Shown: in pieces, positions 34,444 to 45,000 of the stretch
Position numbering within the stretch: position 1 is the first letter of the stretch
Layout: every line of letters starts with the position of its first letter
DNA from: a virus
Taxonomy: Duplodnaviria; Heunggongvirae; Uroviricota; Caudoviricetes
Strand: one strand, 5' to 3'
IMG/VR virus record: IMGVR_UViG_2630968876_000001
Span: 1 to 64,000 of that record
DNA length: 64,000 nt
Program-made: the position numbers and the translations under genes
Notes under the pieces: model-generated
Databases searched by the model: none
Told to the model about the DNA's origin: nothing
Seen by the model: only the letters and a program-made list of their open reading frames with translations

Positions 34444-37355
34444 TAGTTGTGCTCCTTGTGCAGCTGACCTAAAACAAAGTCCATGATTTCATCGCCGGCA
34501 GAAACGGAATCGTTCATCAGTCGCGGGTCTGCCAGCATCTGCAGCCCCATTGAGAGTATTTCTGTCGCGCTTGTGTTGCCGATAGTACCATCCCCGTAGA
34601 GTCGGCCCATATAGGCAGACGAAAAGCCGCCGTCCACACCGCGCTCTTTCTGGCCTTTCTTATAAGACCATTCATTCAGACTGTCACTGCGCTGGCGGTG
34701 CCTTAAAAATGCTTTTGACTGCTCCAGCATATCGGCACTGCTGAACTCATAGTGATGCCCGACTTCGTGCCAGAGCACGCTGATATCATTGTGATCGGCC
34801 AGCGTGATCCCCCCGCTGGCCATGCCTGCGCTGGCCCGTCCGGTGGTTTTGAATCCGACGCGTTTAAGGGTATTCAGCTTTCCGCCGGTCAGCCGGTAAA
34901 GATCGCTCAGATTGCGCTGTAGCGCGTCTTTGCCGTAGCGTGCATCGAAACTTTTTGCCGCCTTTTTGTCTATTTCAATGCTGCCCGCCCATGCATCAGC
35001 CTCTTCCTGCGTGATACGCGATCCGGCGATGATTTTCTGCACATGCTCATTCAGCCGTTGCTGTGCCGGGCTGACCGGAATGTTTACGGTGCTGCGGATA
35101 GTTTCAGCCAGCTCCGGATCAACAGCCTGCACCTTTTCCAGCATGGCCATATCGCCAGCCGAAAGCGTGTCCCGCAACGCCCGTTCCCCGCGGGCTACTG
35201 CGTTCAGCGTACCGGGTGCGTAACGCATGTTGGCAAACAGCTTACCCAGGAATGAATCAAAGCCCGTTTCATCGTCCAGCGCTTCAAACTTTTCGCTGGC
35301 TGATTTCAGCTGCTCCGTTCTGGCTTTCACGCTTTCAGTGTTATCCGGGTTCAGGCCTAAATCCGCCATGATTGCTGCGCCGGCCGCTATGCGGGAAAGC
35401 GCCTGCCTGCCTGCTTCTTCAGGAGTCAGCGCCGCTGGTGGCTGATAACTGGCGCACTCCATCAGATCGGAGTAAACGCTCGCAAAGCTGGACACTCCGC
35501 TCAGCCGCATGACGCCCAGCACGCCGTCGGGAAATACCCGCTTCCCTTTGAGGCGTTTGTAATAGGCCGGGAATATCTGCTTTGCCAGCGGGGCTTTTTC
35601 GCTGATATCAGCAGCCCGCATAAACGCCTGCAGCAGCGAGGCATACTGCAGCAGTTCGCCCTGATTAAAGACCAATGACCAGTCTGCCTGCGTGCTTATA
35701 CTTTTCAGGCCTGCCTGGCGCAGCAGCGTATAAACAGAATTAGTCTCATATTGCTGCTTAACCTCCTTGATGTTCTTCCCCACCAGCGCGGCGTTAAGCT
35801 CCTGGTACGTTGTCAGCGCGGCAGTGTCATCCGGCGTAGTATTCATCAGGCGTTTTATAGACGCCATTATGGCGGCTACCGGAACGGCGCCCGGTTGATG
35901 CGATGGAAAGCCCCACACAATATCCACCAGCGCGCTTACCGACTGCGCGCCGGCAACGATACGTGCGGCCAGTTTTCGCCTGTCCGGAGCGCGGGTGCCG
36001 GCGGCTTCAAACATGGCGAAACTTAATCCCTTTCCCTCGCCAAATTCCTCCTCAATTTCTCCTGATACCGCCGTCAGCACGTCATTCAGCGTCAGCTCGC
36101 CGCCGCCGAACATATCCCCCAGCGCCTGCTGCTGGTGTAACAGCTCGTCGTTGATCTTCTGCGCCATCTTTTTAAACGCTGCGCCGATCCGCTTCGCGCT
36201 GCGGTTGTTGGCCACGATAAACAGCGCCAGGGCTTCGGCCTCTTTGCTGGCCTCCTCAAAGAGCCCCTGCTGCGCCAGCACTTCCTGTATTGCCTGCCCG
36301 CTGTCCTTCGCCTGGCGCACCAGCTTAATCGCCTCCTGCAGCGCGGCTATCGCCTGCTGATCCAGCCCGTTCACCGACTGCACGCCGTCCACCAGCCCGG
36401 TAACCGCCTGGCGGTGAACGTCTCCGGAGAGCGTCTGCATCTGCGCAAACTCACTGGCCGCGGTATTAAGTGCCGTCAGGATGTTGCGCATATCCGGATC
36501 GGGTTCCTCAGATACCAGCTTTACCAGCCGTTCATCCTTATAGGCGCGGGCAAAGATCGCATTCTGAATGCGGTCAATCAGCTGCTTTGTCGGGCGCCCG
36601 TCGTCGGTCAGCAGGCCTGCTGTTGCCGTGTCGCCTATTTCTTTCATGAATGCCCGGATAAAGCCGTCATTTGAGCGCGCCAGCAGGTTGCCGTCATCGG
36701 ACGGATTGAAGATGGCCATCAGGCGTTCGTCGAGCATTTCCGCATCCACAAACGCCTTTTCGCTCGCCGCCATTTCCTGCAGATCGGAGAGGTTGGAATC
36801 CTTCGCAAACTGCGCCCGGTCAACGTCCGTCAGGCGCTCGCGCACCAGCACGGGCATATACATCTGCGCGATATCCGACGCCTTCAGGCCATAGTCTTTC
36901 GCGTGCTCAATCAGGTACTGGCGGTATTCATCGGCCTGCCCCTGTTCATAGGCGCGCGTGATCCCCATTGAGCGCCCGTTGCCTGACTCCACCACGTTAT
37001 CCGCGCCCACGATTGGCGCACCGTGGCTGCTCATGCCGGAGTCGGTCAGCTTCGCCGGCCGCAGGTTGCCCGCAATTTTTGAAACCTGCACTTTACTGGT
37101 CAGGCGCGTGCGGTCGCGCGGTTGCAGCTCTGCCGGAAACGCCGGATTAATGGTGCCGTCGAGGTTGTTTGAGATAATCAGGTCGCGGGCATCCACCACC
37201 TTAAACGCAGTTTTCACTTCCTGACCTTTGCCGGTCACGACGTAGGACGATCGTCCTGTTTGGGTCTCTGTTTTGCGCAGTGAACCAACGAGCCCAATCA
37301 GGGCAAAAATGCTGCCGGCGTCGCCCAGCAGGCTCTTTAATTTCTCGTTAAGCAT
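34443..37355 (-). CDS. large virion-associated protein, 970 aa, with C-terminal HExxH zinc-metallopeptidase-like motif (DdrB-sized member of a Dar-operon-like cluster)
   Basis: HEVGHHYEF motif near residue 885. Position downstream of holin/antiholin-like genes plus a 718-aa PE-repeat protein mirrors the P1 lydA-lydB-darA-ddrA-ddrB layout. Confidence 0.55.
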   Translation of the reverse strand: MLNEKLKSLLGDAGSIFALIGLVGSLRKTETQTGRSSYVVTGKGQEVKTAFKVVDARDLIISNNLDGTINPAFPAELQPRDRTRLTSKVQVSKIAGNLRPAKLTDSGMSSHGAPIVGADNVVESGNGRSMGITRAYEQGQADEYRQYLIEHAKDYGLKASDIAQMYMPVLVRERLTDVDRAQFAKDSNLSDLQEMAASEKAFVDAEMLDERLMAIFNPSDDGNLLARSNDGFIRAFMKEIGDTATAGLLTDDGRPTKQLIDRIQNAIFARAYKDERLVKLVSEEPDPDMRNILTALNTAASEFAQMQTLSGDVHRQAVTGLVDGVQSVNGLDQQAIAALQEAIKLVRQAKDSGQAIQEVLAQQGLFEEASKEAEALALFIVANNRSAKRIGAAFKKMAQKINDELLHQQQALGDMFGGGELTLNDVLTAVSGEIEEEFGEGKGLSFAMFEAAGTRAPDRRKLAARIVAGAQSVSALVDIVWGFPSHQPGAVPVAAIMASIKRLMNTTPDDTAALTTYQELNAALVGKNIKEVKQQYETNSVYTLLRQAGLKSISTQADWSLVFNQGELLQYASLLQAFMRAADISEKAPLAKQIFPAYYKRLKGKRVFPDGVLGVMRLSGVSSFASVYSDLMECASYQPPAALTPEEAGRQALSRIAAGAAIMADLGLNPDNTESVKARTEQLKSASEKFEALDDETGFDSFLGKLFANMRYAPGTLNAVARGERALRDTLSAGDMAMLEKVQAVDPELAETIRSTVNIPVSPAQQRLNEHVQKIIAGSRITQEEADAWAGSIEIDKKAAKSFDARYGKDALQRNLSDLYRLTGGKLNTLKRVGFKTTGRASAGMASGGITLADHNDISVLWHEVGHHYEFSSADMLEQSKAFLRHRQRSDSLNEWSYKKGQKERGVDGGFSSAYMGRLYGDGTIGNTSATEILSMGLQMLADPRLMNDSVSAGDEIMDFVLGQLHKEHN

Positions 37356-37399
37356 TGTGATCCCGGTAATAAAAAACCCCGCCGAAACGGGGTTGCTGA

Positions 37400-37789
37400 T
37401 TAAGCTGCGAGGCCGCTGGCGGCTATCCAGCTGGCGGTTTGCTCTTTCGCGTCGTCCAGCGCCAGATAAACGCCGATGTAGTCACCGACTTTGCGCAGCG
37501 TCTCCACAAAATCCAGCTGTGCCTGATGCGTGAATTTCCCGGCCAGAAAGTCTTTAACCACTTCCGGGACGGGCTGATCCTCTTTAACAGGGTCCGGCTG
37601 TGGCTCCGGTACCGGATCGGGAGCGCTGGTGGCCGGTGCCGGCGCTGCGCCATAACCCAGCTGCAGCATGATTGCTTCCATCTGGTCATTAAGATCCAGA
37701 AGGTCCAGCCCCTTTACCGTCGGGGCTTTGATAATCAGTTCGTCCAGCTGGTCGGCTAAATCCAGCTTTTCAAGGGCGGTTAACGTCAT
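37400..37789 (-). CDS. hypothetical acidic protein, 129 aa (DdrA-like position)
   Basis: ORF overlapping the stop of the 718-aa gene; contains a PEPQPDP proline-rich stretch. Confidence 0.4.
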   Translation of the reverse strand: MTLTALEKLDLADQLDELIIKAPTVKGLDLLDLNDQMEAIMLQLGYGAAPAPATSAPDPVPEPQPDPVKEDQPVPEVVKDFLAGKFTHQAQLDFVETLRKVGDYIGVYLALDDAKEQTASWIAASGLAA

Positions 37790-39942
37790 GCTGCTACCCC
37801 TTTACGCTGCACGGCCACCAGCAGATCGCTCAGGTGCTGCACCGCGCCGTTCACCAGCGCTTCGTTTTCATCAAACACGCCTGCAGCCGTCAGCGCGGCA
37901 ATCGCCTCGCGCACCTGATTGCGGCCGGCGCGGATCACGTCCATGTCGTCGGTATCAAGTGAGGTCAGCCCCTGCAGGTAGTCGATCGCCTTCTGCGCTT
38001 CAGAGTCTGCTTCCGGCACGGGCTCCGGTTCCGGCTGTGGTGCTGGCTCTGGCTCTGGCTCTGGCTGTGGTTCTGGTTCTGGTGCCGGTTTCGGAGTGTT
38101 CAGTTCCTCCACCAGCGGAATACGCTTGCCGGAGATCATCGCGGTTTCTACTGCCTTCAGATACTCAGGACTCTGATTAGCCTCCACGATGTCCGCTACC
38201 TGCTTCAGCTGCTCACTGCCATACCCCCGCATTTGAGCCCAGGCGTTAACCAGGTCAGACGCCCATCCCACCAGATCGCCCACGCGTTTGGCAGCAATCC
38301 AGAACGGGTCTCTGGTTTCACGATCGTCAGTCACGTCGGTCTCTTCTCCTTCACCTGCTGCCAGCTGCTGCAGCGCGGCTTTGATAGCGCCCGTGAAATA
38401 GGCCTCATCTTTCCCTTCCGGATATGCCACGCCGGTCAGCTGCTTACGGGCCACCATGCGCACCTGTTTGGCGTAGGTGTCCGGATCTTCTTCTGACATT
38501 TCCAGATACTGCGCAGCGTAATCGCTCATTTTCTCCGCCACGGTCGCGGCCAGCGCATCGAGATCCGCATGCGTCGGTATCAGCTTCAGCTCAAAGTCAG
38601 CAATCTCTTTGTCAGTCAGCGGACGGTCATAGGAAATGATGCCGTTACGGGCAACGCCGCTGTACGGCTCGCCTGCTGCTGGCTGATCCGCCACGGCGGC
38701 AAAGTTCGGCGGTACCGCCCCAATACCTGCAGGACGGTTAACCAGCGCATAGCGCCAGACGGTTGCCGGCGCAATGGGTTCCGGCTGTGGCTCAGGGGCT
38801 GGTGCTGGCTCAGCAGCAGCAACGCGGTACTTTTCCGCCGCGCCGGTGCGGTAGGCTTTCAGCATCTTTGTTGCCGTTTTACCCATCTCCGCACCCTGGC
38901 TGGATTTAGAAGGCATTTCATACGTGGTGCCGTCGGCTTCTGTGATGATCACTTTGCCTTCCAGTTCGCCGTTCTGGTCAGCGACGTGATAACGAACCGT
39001 CGCGCCGTTGCTCAGCGTGGCCTGCCCGTCCATGTTCAGGCGCGCTTTAACCTGAATAGTGCGATCACTGAAAGTGTCAGTGTTTTCCGGTTCGCTGGCT
39101 TTTGCCTGCTGCAGCGCGGCCAGCTGCCCGGTAAGGTCGGCATTCAGCTGTTTCTGGCTGGCGAGTTTGCCGCGCAGCGTCTGCTCATTGCCCTGCATCA
39201 GCTGCGCGCGTGCGGTCTGAGTGTCCACCTGCTCCAGCAGCGCTGACTGCTGCTCTGCCAGCTTATCGGTCTCAGCCTGCGTGGTTTCCACTTCCGCGCG
39301 CAGCTTCGCCTGTGCGTCCTTCTGCTTCGTAAATTTGCCGCTGTTCTTCTCGATCAGGTTGGAAAGCGCCTGCGTCACCTGCTGCAGCGACACGTCACGC
39401 CCGCCAATCGGCGCAACGATGTGCGTCACGTCGCGCTTGTTGATCAGGAACTGGAAGGCTACCAGCGTGTCCTGGTTACGGATCTTGCCGTTGTCCGCAG
39501 TCGGTGAGTGGAACACCAGCGACACGGTTTGCCCGTCGGATAACGGGATAAGCGCGCTCAGAACCGGAATGCTGGCCACGCGGCGCACTTTGCCGATCAC
39601 CGCGCCGCCCACGGTTTTCTGCCCGGTCGTGTCCGCGCCGGCGTCGTCGGTCCCGGCGATAATGTCGGTGCCGTTCAGGCCACGGTTCAGCGCCTTCACA
39701 AATGCGCGCATAGTTTGCGCCAGGCGTATACGCTCCGTGCTGATAGCCTCAAACATCGCGCCCGGTAACACGCTTTCTTCACCCAGATAGGCGTGATCGA
39801 TATCGTCGATAGTGGCGCTTTCCAGCATCATATCCGCGCTGCTGCCGGTCATCAGGCCGTCATACACCGCCTGCGCCAGCTCTGCGCCCTGCGTGCGGCG
39901 CTGGAAGTCCAGCACCATACGGTTTTTAAGGATCTCACTCAT
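37786..39942 (-). CDS. large protein with PEPEPQPEPEPEP repeat linkers, 718 aa (DarA-like position; probable capsid-internal protein)
   Basis: Two PEP-repeat tracts encoded at ~38020-38090 and ~38770-38810; operon position between the antiholin-like genes and the 970-aa gene. Confidence 0.5.
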   Translation of the reverse strand: MSEILKNRMVLDFQRRTQGAELAQAVYDGLMTGSSADMMLESATIDDIDHAYLGEESVLPGAMFEAISTERIRLAQTMRAFVKALNRGLNGTDIIAGTDDAGADTTGQKTVGGAVIGKVRRVASIPVLSALIPLSDGQTVSLVFHSPTADNGKIRNQDTLVAFQFLINKRDVTHIVAPIGGRDVSLQQVTQALSNLIEKNSGKFTKQKDAQAKLRAEVETTQAETDKLAEQQSALLEQVDTQTARAQLMQGNEQTLRGKLASQKQLNADLTGQLAALQQAKASEPENTDTFSDRTIQVKARLNMDGQATLSNGATVRYHVADQNGELEGKVIITEADGTTYEMPSKSSQGAEMGKTATKMLKAYRTGAAEKYRVAAAEPAPAPEPQPEPIAPATVWRYALVNRPAGIGAVPPNFAAVADQPAAGEPYSGVARNGIISYDRPLTDKEIADFELKLIPTHADLDALAATVAEKMSDYAAQYLEMSEEDPDTYAKQVRMVARKQLTGVAYPEGKDEAYFTGAIKAALQQLAAGEGEETDVTDDRETRDPFWIAAKRVGDLVGWASDLVNAWAQMRGYGSEQLKQVADIVEANQSPEYLKAVETAMISGKRIPLVEELNTPKPAPEPEPQPEPEPEPAPQPEPEPVPEADSEAQKAIDYLQGLTSLDTDDMDVIRAGRNQVREAIAALTAAGVFDENEALVNGAVQHLSDLLVAVQRKGVAA

Positions 39943-40559
39943 TACGCTGTCTCCTCCAGTTGGGCGATCTGCTCTTTAAGCTGGCGCGTCAGTGCCTGCT
40001 CCTGATTAAGCTCAGTCTGCAGGCTGTCCGCACTTTTCTGCGCGTCGTCCGCGCTGCGCGTCAGCTGCTCCACCTTCGCTTTGGTTTCCGCGATGCCTGA
40101 CTTATAGGCGTCACGCTGCTGGCGCACTTCGGCCAGCAGCTGCACCGAGGATTTCACGCCGCGTTTGGGCTGCGCCGTGTCATCGCTGGTGGCAGCCGCG
40201 CGCGCCATCCTGCGCGCCAGGGCTTTCTGAAAAGCCGTTGAGCCTTTGCTGAATAGCGTGGCCAGCTGGCGCCCGAGCTCAGGGATCGTGGTGACGTGGG
40301 TAAACGGCACGTTTTTCCCGTTCAGCTTCAGGCCGGAAATGTCGCCGCTGTCGTTGACCTGCACGGTCATAACCTGCTCGTCCATGCCGGTGAGGCTGAA
40401 AGTTTTGGTCGGCACGCCGTCTTTCCTGCGCGCGGTGCCGGCGGCGGTGACTTTGGCAATCTCATAGCCGCCGGTGGCGATCGCCTTCTTCAGCTTCGCC
40501 AGGCCCTTATCGTTCAGTTCGTCAAAATTCAGCAGCACGTAGCCTTTAGGATTCGACAC
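39942..40559 (-). CDS. hypothetical protein, 205 aa, with C-terminal coiled coil
   Basis: ORF; C-terminal heptad-rich segment. Confidence 0.45.
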   Translation of the reverse strand: MSNPKGYVLLNFDELNDKGLAKLKKAIATGGYEIAKVTAAGTARRKDGVPTKTFSLTGMDEQVMTVQVNDSGDISGLKLNGKNVPFTHVTTIPELGRQLATLFSKGSTAFQKALARRMARAAATSDDTAQPKRGVKSSVQLLAEVRQQRDAYKSGIAETKAKVEQLTRSADDAQKSADSLQTELNQEQALTRQLKEQIAQLEETA

Positions 40560-41001
40560 TGAATACCCCCTGCTCTGACTTGCTCAGCTGGTACTTTCTG
40601 GAAATGGTGTCCTGCAGCGGGAAGATCCGGTAAAGCGGGTTCAGGCGGCTGTTGCCGTGCGTCACGCGCACGGTAAGCAGCCATTCACCCGGCTCAAGAT
40701 AACGCGTGTCAATCAGCAGAAATTCCTCGCTCACGCCTTTTGGCGAGAGGTCGAGCGTGCGCTGCTTGCCGGAAATAACCACCGTCGGATCGTTGCTGTC
40801 GCGCAGCCAGTACTCAATTTTTGCGCCTGCCAGTTTGCCGGCGCAGGCAATGTTAAGCCGGACCGGGAACGCCAGCGCGTTATCACGCACCACGGCGGTA
40901 CCGCACCCCAGCAATTCCACCTTTTTACGGGCAAATACGCAGCGGTCCGCCACCATTGCTGCAGCCATCGCCGTAATAAACAGATTCTGATAATCAATCA
41001 T
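40546..41001 (-). CDS. antiholin-like (LydB-position) protein, 151 aa
   Basis: Follows the holin-like gene with a 4-bp overlap; size similar to P1 LydB. No motif. Confidence 0.35.
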   Translation of the reverse strand: MIDYQNLFITAMAAAMVADRCVFARKKVELLGCGTAVVRDNALAFPVRLNIACAGKLAGAKIEYWLRDSNDPTVVISGKQRTLDLSPKGVSEEFLLIDTRYLEPGEWLLTVRVTHGNSRLNPLYRIFPLQDTISRKYQLSKSEQGVFSVES

Positions 41002-41315
41002 TGGCCTGAGCCTCCTTTTGACCCAAGCACGCCGTTTATTGCCGCAATGAGTCGTTCTTTGAATACAGTTGAAAGTTCACGCCAGTTGTTGCTCGCCACC
41101 AGCACGGCGAGGTAAATCACGATTTCGTCCAGTCCCTGCTGCCGCGCAAAAAAGTAGGCCGTGAGGCCGGTAATCAGCGCCAGCACCAGCTCAGTGACAA
41201 AGTTGAATACGTTCGGTTTGATCCGGTATTCGCGTACTCCCAGCAGGAAAACGCCTGTGCCACTCAGCAGGGACAGGAGAAGCGAAACCGCGAGCATTTT
41301 TTCTACATCGGTCAC
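40998..41315 (-). CDS. holin (LydA-like), 105 aa, three predicted TM segments
   Basis: Hydrophobic segments LAVSLLLSLLSGTGVFLLGV, FVTELVLALITGLTAYFFA and IVIYLAVLVASNNW, with a charged C-terminus; late-motif upstream. Confidence 0.55.
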   Translation of the reverse strand: MTDVEKMLAVSLLLSLLSGTGVFLLGVREYRIKPNVFNFVTELVLALITGLTAYFFARQQGLDEIVIYLAVLVASNNWRELSTVFKERLIAAINGVLGSKGGSGQ

Positions 41316-41359
41316 ATACCCCCCTTTGGTACCTGGTTATCAGGTGGCGAGAGGGTAAG

Positions 41360-41380
41360 CAGTCTGTAATTTAGAGAGGT
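41360..41380 (-). promoter_or_regulatory. late-promoter-like motif variant (gcagtCTGTAATTTAgag) ~50 bp upstream of the holin gene
   Basis: Degenerate member of the GGAGTTTGTAATTTGC family. Confidence 0.3.
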
Positions 41381-41435
41381 AAAGAAAAACAGCGCCCGGA
41401 GGCGCTGTTTTTAGGTGTGACGTGTAATTCGGCTA

Positions 41436-42032
41436 TCAAACTGAGGGCTTGTCCGGCCAGGCTACGGCAGCTCCGGCTGATATGTCGATATTCTGCAGCA
41501 GTTCGGCGTAGGCCATCCACTCAATCAGTTTCGCTTTGCTGGCGTCACTGATCATGTTCAGCAGTAGCTGCGTCTGCCATAACTGCGTCGCGCTGTGTAC
41601 CTCTGCCAGCTTATCGGCACGCAGCTTTTCAGCCGCCTCGCGTGCTGCAGCTTCTGCCGCGGCGCTGTCAGTGACCCAGGCGCTGCCAGACCATACATCG
41701 TGCTCTGTCGCCGGTGCCTCAAGCGTCATGGAATCATCAAGCGGGCCGACTTCGGTAACTTCCAGGACATAACGGGTACTCTTCTGATAAGCCTTCAGGC
41801 CACGAAAATCGTCAATGATTTCCCAGCCATCGCCGCTGAAGCGGGCGATCTTCAGCTCGTCCGGAAGGATGGCTGGCGGAGCCTGAATAGTGCAGAAGGC
41901 GGGCAGGCCAACGCCTTTTGTTACTTTCTCTGTTGTCGAGCCCGCATACAGCCCGGTTGACGGGTGCGCATTATAGGCAGTCACCACGCCATTCGCTGTG
42001 GCGAGCCCGTTTTTGAACGTAACCTTTTTCAT
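41436..42032 (-). CDS. tail fiber assembly protein (Tfa/gpU/gpG family)
   Basis: Typical Tfa features: N-terminal TAYNAHPSTGLYAGSTTEKV, C-terminal ...ISAGAAVAWPDKPSV (conserved WP-x-x-P end); directly downstream of the tail fiber gene. Confidence 0.8.
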   Translation of the reverse strand: MKKVTFKNGLATANGVVTAYNAHPSTGLYAGSTTEKVTKGVGLPAFCTIQAPPAILPDELKIARFSGDGWEIIDDFRGLKAYQKSTRYVLEVTEVGPLDDSMTLEAPATEHDVWSGSAWVTDSAAAEAAAREAAEKLRADKLAEVHSATQLWQTQLLLNMISDASKAKLIEWMAYAELLQNIDISAGAAVAWPDKPSV

Positions 42033-45000
42033 TAAGCAGCTCTCACAATGTAGTTAAATGCGATGTTTCGTGGTCTCACCCTGAAACCCGTGCCTCCTCC
42101 TAATCCTGTAGGTACAAGTGTGGTTCCTGGATAATGCGCAGACGTTGAGGCCAGCGACTCCCTGCCATCATGATCCTGCGTATAATAGTTAGATGAATAA
42201 TTATCCAGAACTGTTCCAACCGGACGCGTAACGAGGGTGAAGTTACCGTCTGTTCGTTTTGCAATGCCCCAGTTTTCAACCAGTGTTGCGGCCTGCCAGG
42301 TCATAACCTGACGTCCGTTGTCCACACCACGCCCGTTATCCGCACCACGAATAAATTCGCCGCGCAAATCAGGAAGTGTCAGGTTCGGGTAGGCTCTTGC
42401 CAGTTCTGGATAATCTGACGCACTGAACTTTGCGCCATTGCAGAGTAGCCAGCCGTAGGGGATTTCATCAGATGGCCACGGTAAAGGTATGCCAGCAGGA
42501 AGGTTCAGCGCTTCTAACGTCGGTTTATATCCTTCGTGATAAACGCGCTGATTGTCATACTGCAAAGAACCATCGTTTACTAACCGGAGAAACTTTTTGG
42601 TAGTCGCATTCCCCATATAAACATCATTCGCTGCACACCCAAAATTGAGCAATGACGTTATTCCTGGCGCTTTGACCGTTAACTCACTGCTGAACTGAAC
42701 CGGCCCTGTAAAAAGTGCGCTGCTGCGTACCACAAGACCGATATCGCTATCCGGAAGGCTGGTGTCTGTGCTGCCGATGATTGTCTGGCCGCGCAGATAG
42801 TTTGGCGCGGTTCCCTGCAGGTACAGGTTCCATCGGTTCACGCCGGGGCGCTCATTCAGACGCCCGTCAAAAGCGGCAGCTGACAGAATGTTCTCGCTGG
42901 CTTTATCGTAGGCGCGGAACGAAGAAAAATTGCTAATTTTCGTAGTGCTGTTAACGGTACCGGAATTAGCCCAGAACTCTACCGCGTCATTCAGGGTATG
43001 TGCTGTTTTCCCGTCGCCAAACGTTACCTCTGTGCCAAAGCCTATAGCGCGCTCAGTCGCGTCCGCGCCAATATTCGCATACGCCATCGCCACCAGCTGC
43101 GTGGTGCCGGTCAGATTGCCATTGCCGGCGACTCCATTACCCAGCGTCAGCAGCCGGGAAGCGGACGCGCCAGCCCCCAGGCCGACAGAAAGCTGGCCTC
43201 TGGAACCAAAAGCAGCACAATACTTGCTCCACGTTTTCCCGTTATCCCGGTTATCTGCCTCCAGCAGCAGGTTAGTGCCGTAGGTTCGCCAGCGATATGA
43301 CGGGTTATTTGTAGTGCGATCAATGAGCGCCAGCGCAGGCGAAAAGCTGTTAACGGTAATGCCCTGGCTGCCGTCACCATTACTGCCGTTCACCACCATC
43401 GCCGCACCGGTAAGATCGCCAATGGCAGTTGAGCCTTTCGCCAGGACGGTCACCGGCCCGGTAAAGTCAGCGCCGGCCGCAACAGTCAGGCTACCGGCGA
43501 CTGAAGCCCCGCCGCGAAACTTCATTGTCGAGACGTTGATATCGCCCGTGCCGTCGGCAGAGAGGCTGATCCATGTATTGGGTATCGAATTGCCCCAGGT
43601 CACGGTATCGGTGTTATCGACTGACTGACCTAAATACCAGTGCAGCGTGTCGTCTGACTTCCGTCCGCGAAGATAATAGGCTTTATCTTTGGTTGAGGGC
43701 TTCAGCTGCAGCGCAACCTGATCAGCTGAAAAGAGGCCTGCCCCATCAGAACGCAGACCGCCGCCGCCGACTAATGAAAGTCCGCCAGATCCCTGCAGCG
43801 TGGCGGTACCGTCGCCGCTGTTGAGGACAAAGCGCGCCGTGGTCGCGCCGGAACGCGCGCGCGCATCGAGCGCAAGCTGTCCGCCGCCGTGCGTCATGTT
43901 CGTGATAGTGATACTGCCGAGCACCCTTCCGCCCCAGGTATCGGTCGTCGTGGACGCCAGACGCCCGAAGATGTTCATCACGTCGGTGTCATACGCCGTC
44001 GGCGTATCTTCCGGCTGATCGGTACGCACAAACGTCATGACCGGCGTTGACGGCTCAGAGCGGATCACACCGATACGGAATCCGGCCTGAATCTGTGAAT
44101 TAACTTCCAGATTCTTTGCCAGCCTTACCTTTGCCGTATTGATATCTGTCAGGCTGTTCAGGCTGGTAATGTCGTTGTTCCAGCCCGCCCTTGCAGCGCC
44201 CAGGTTCAGCAGATCGGTCAGCGTCATGCTGGCCGTGTCCATCTGTTTACGCCAGCCGTTTGCATCAGCGCCGCTTGTCAGGCCATGCCACGCCCAGGAG
44301 CCGTTACCGCCGCCTGCGGTGCGGATATACACCGTGCCGTTTTGCGCGGCCAGCAGCTGCACCAGCGACGCGCCGGCATCATAGCTGCGGCGCATGTTAA
44401 TCAGCTGCCCGCTCAGCGCCAGTGGCGCTTTGCCAAGTTCAACCGGACCGTCCGTAAAGCTGCCGCTCAGCGTCCAGAAGGCACTCAGGCGGGTGACGAC
44501 TATGTTGGACAGTGAAGTGATTTTGCTGTCCAGCACGGCAGACGCTGCGCCCAGGCCAAACGCCCCCACGGCCATCAGCGCGCCGGCCGTATTATCAGTC
44601 GGGGATTGCTGGACGTTCGCCAGCGCGGCGGTACCAAGCCCAAGATGTTTACGGGCTTCCGGAACGTCCGGCAGATCCCCCAGGTTTTGAGCGGCCTTCA
44701 GCTGCTTGTCATTGGTTACCTGGTCGAGTTCGATGTTCTGACGAAAAAGGGCTTTATCCTCAATATCCGAGCCGTTGTTGGCGCTGACCATGTTGTTATC
44801 GATCAAGGCCTTCAGGATTTTCAGCCCCTTCAGGTTGGCGGCGATCAGTTCGTCGTCGCTGTCGTTCACCGAGTCGAGCGTGATACCTACCTGCCGGTTG
44901 ATGCGGTAGTTCGTCACGATCATTGCCTGCGTCACCTGCGTGGTGCCGGTTGGCACAAGCACGCGGCAAAGCTCCAGCTGGTTCGGCGCCAGCGCAACCG

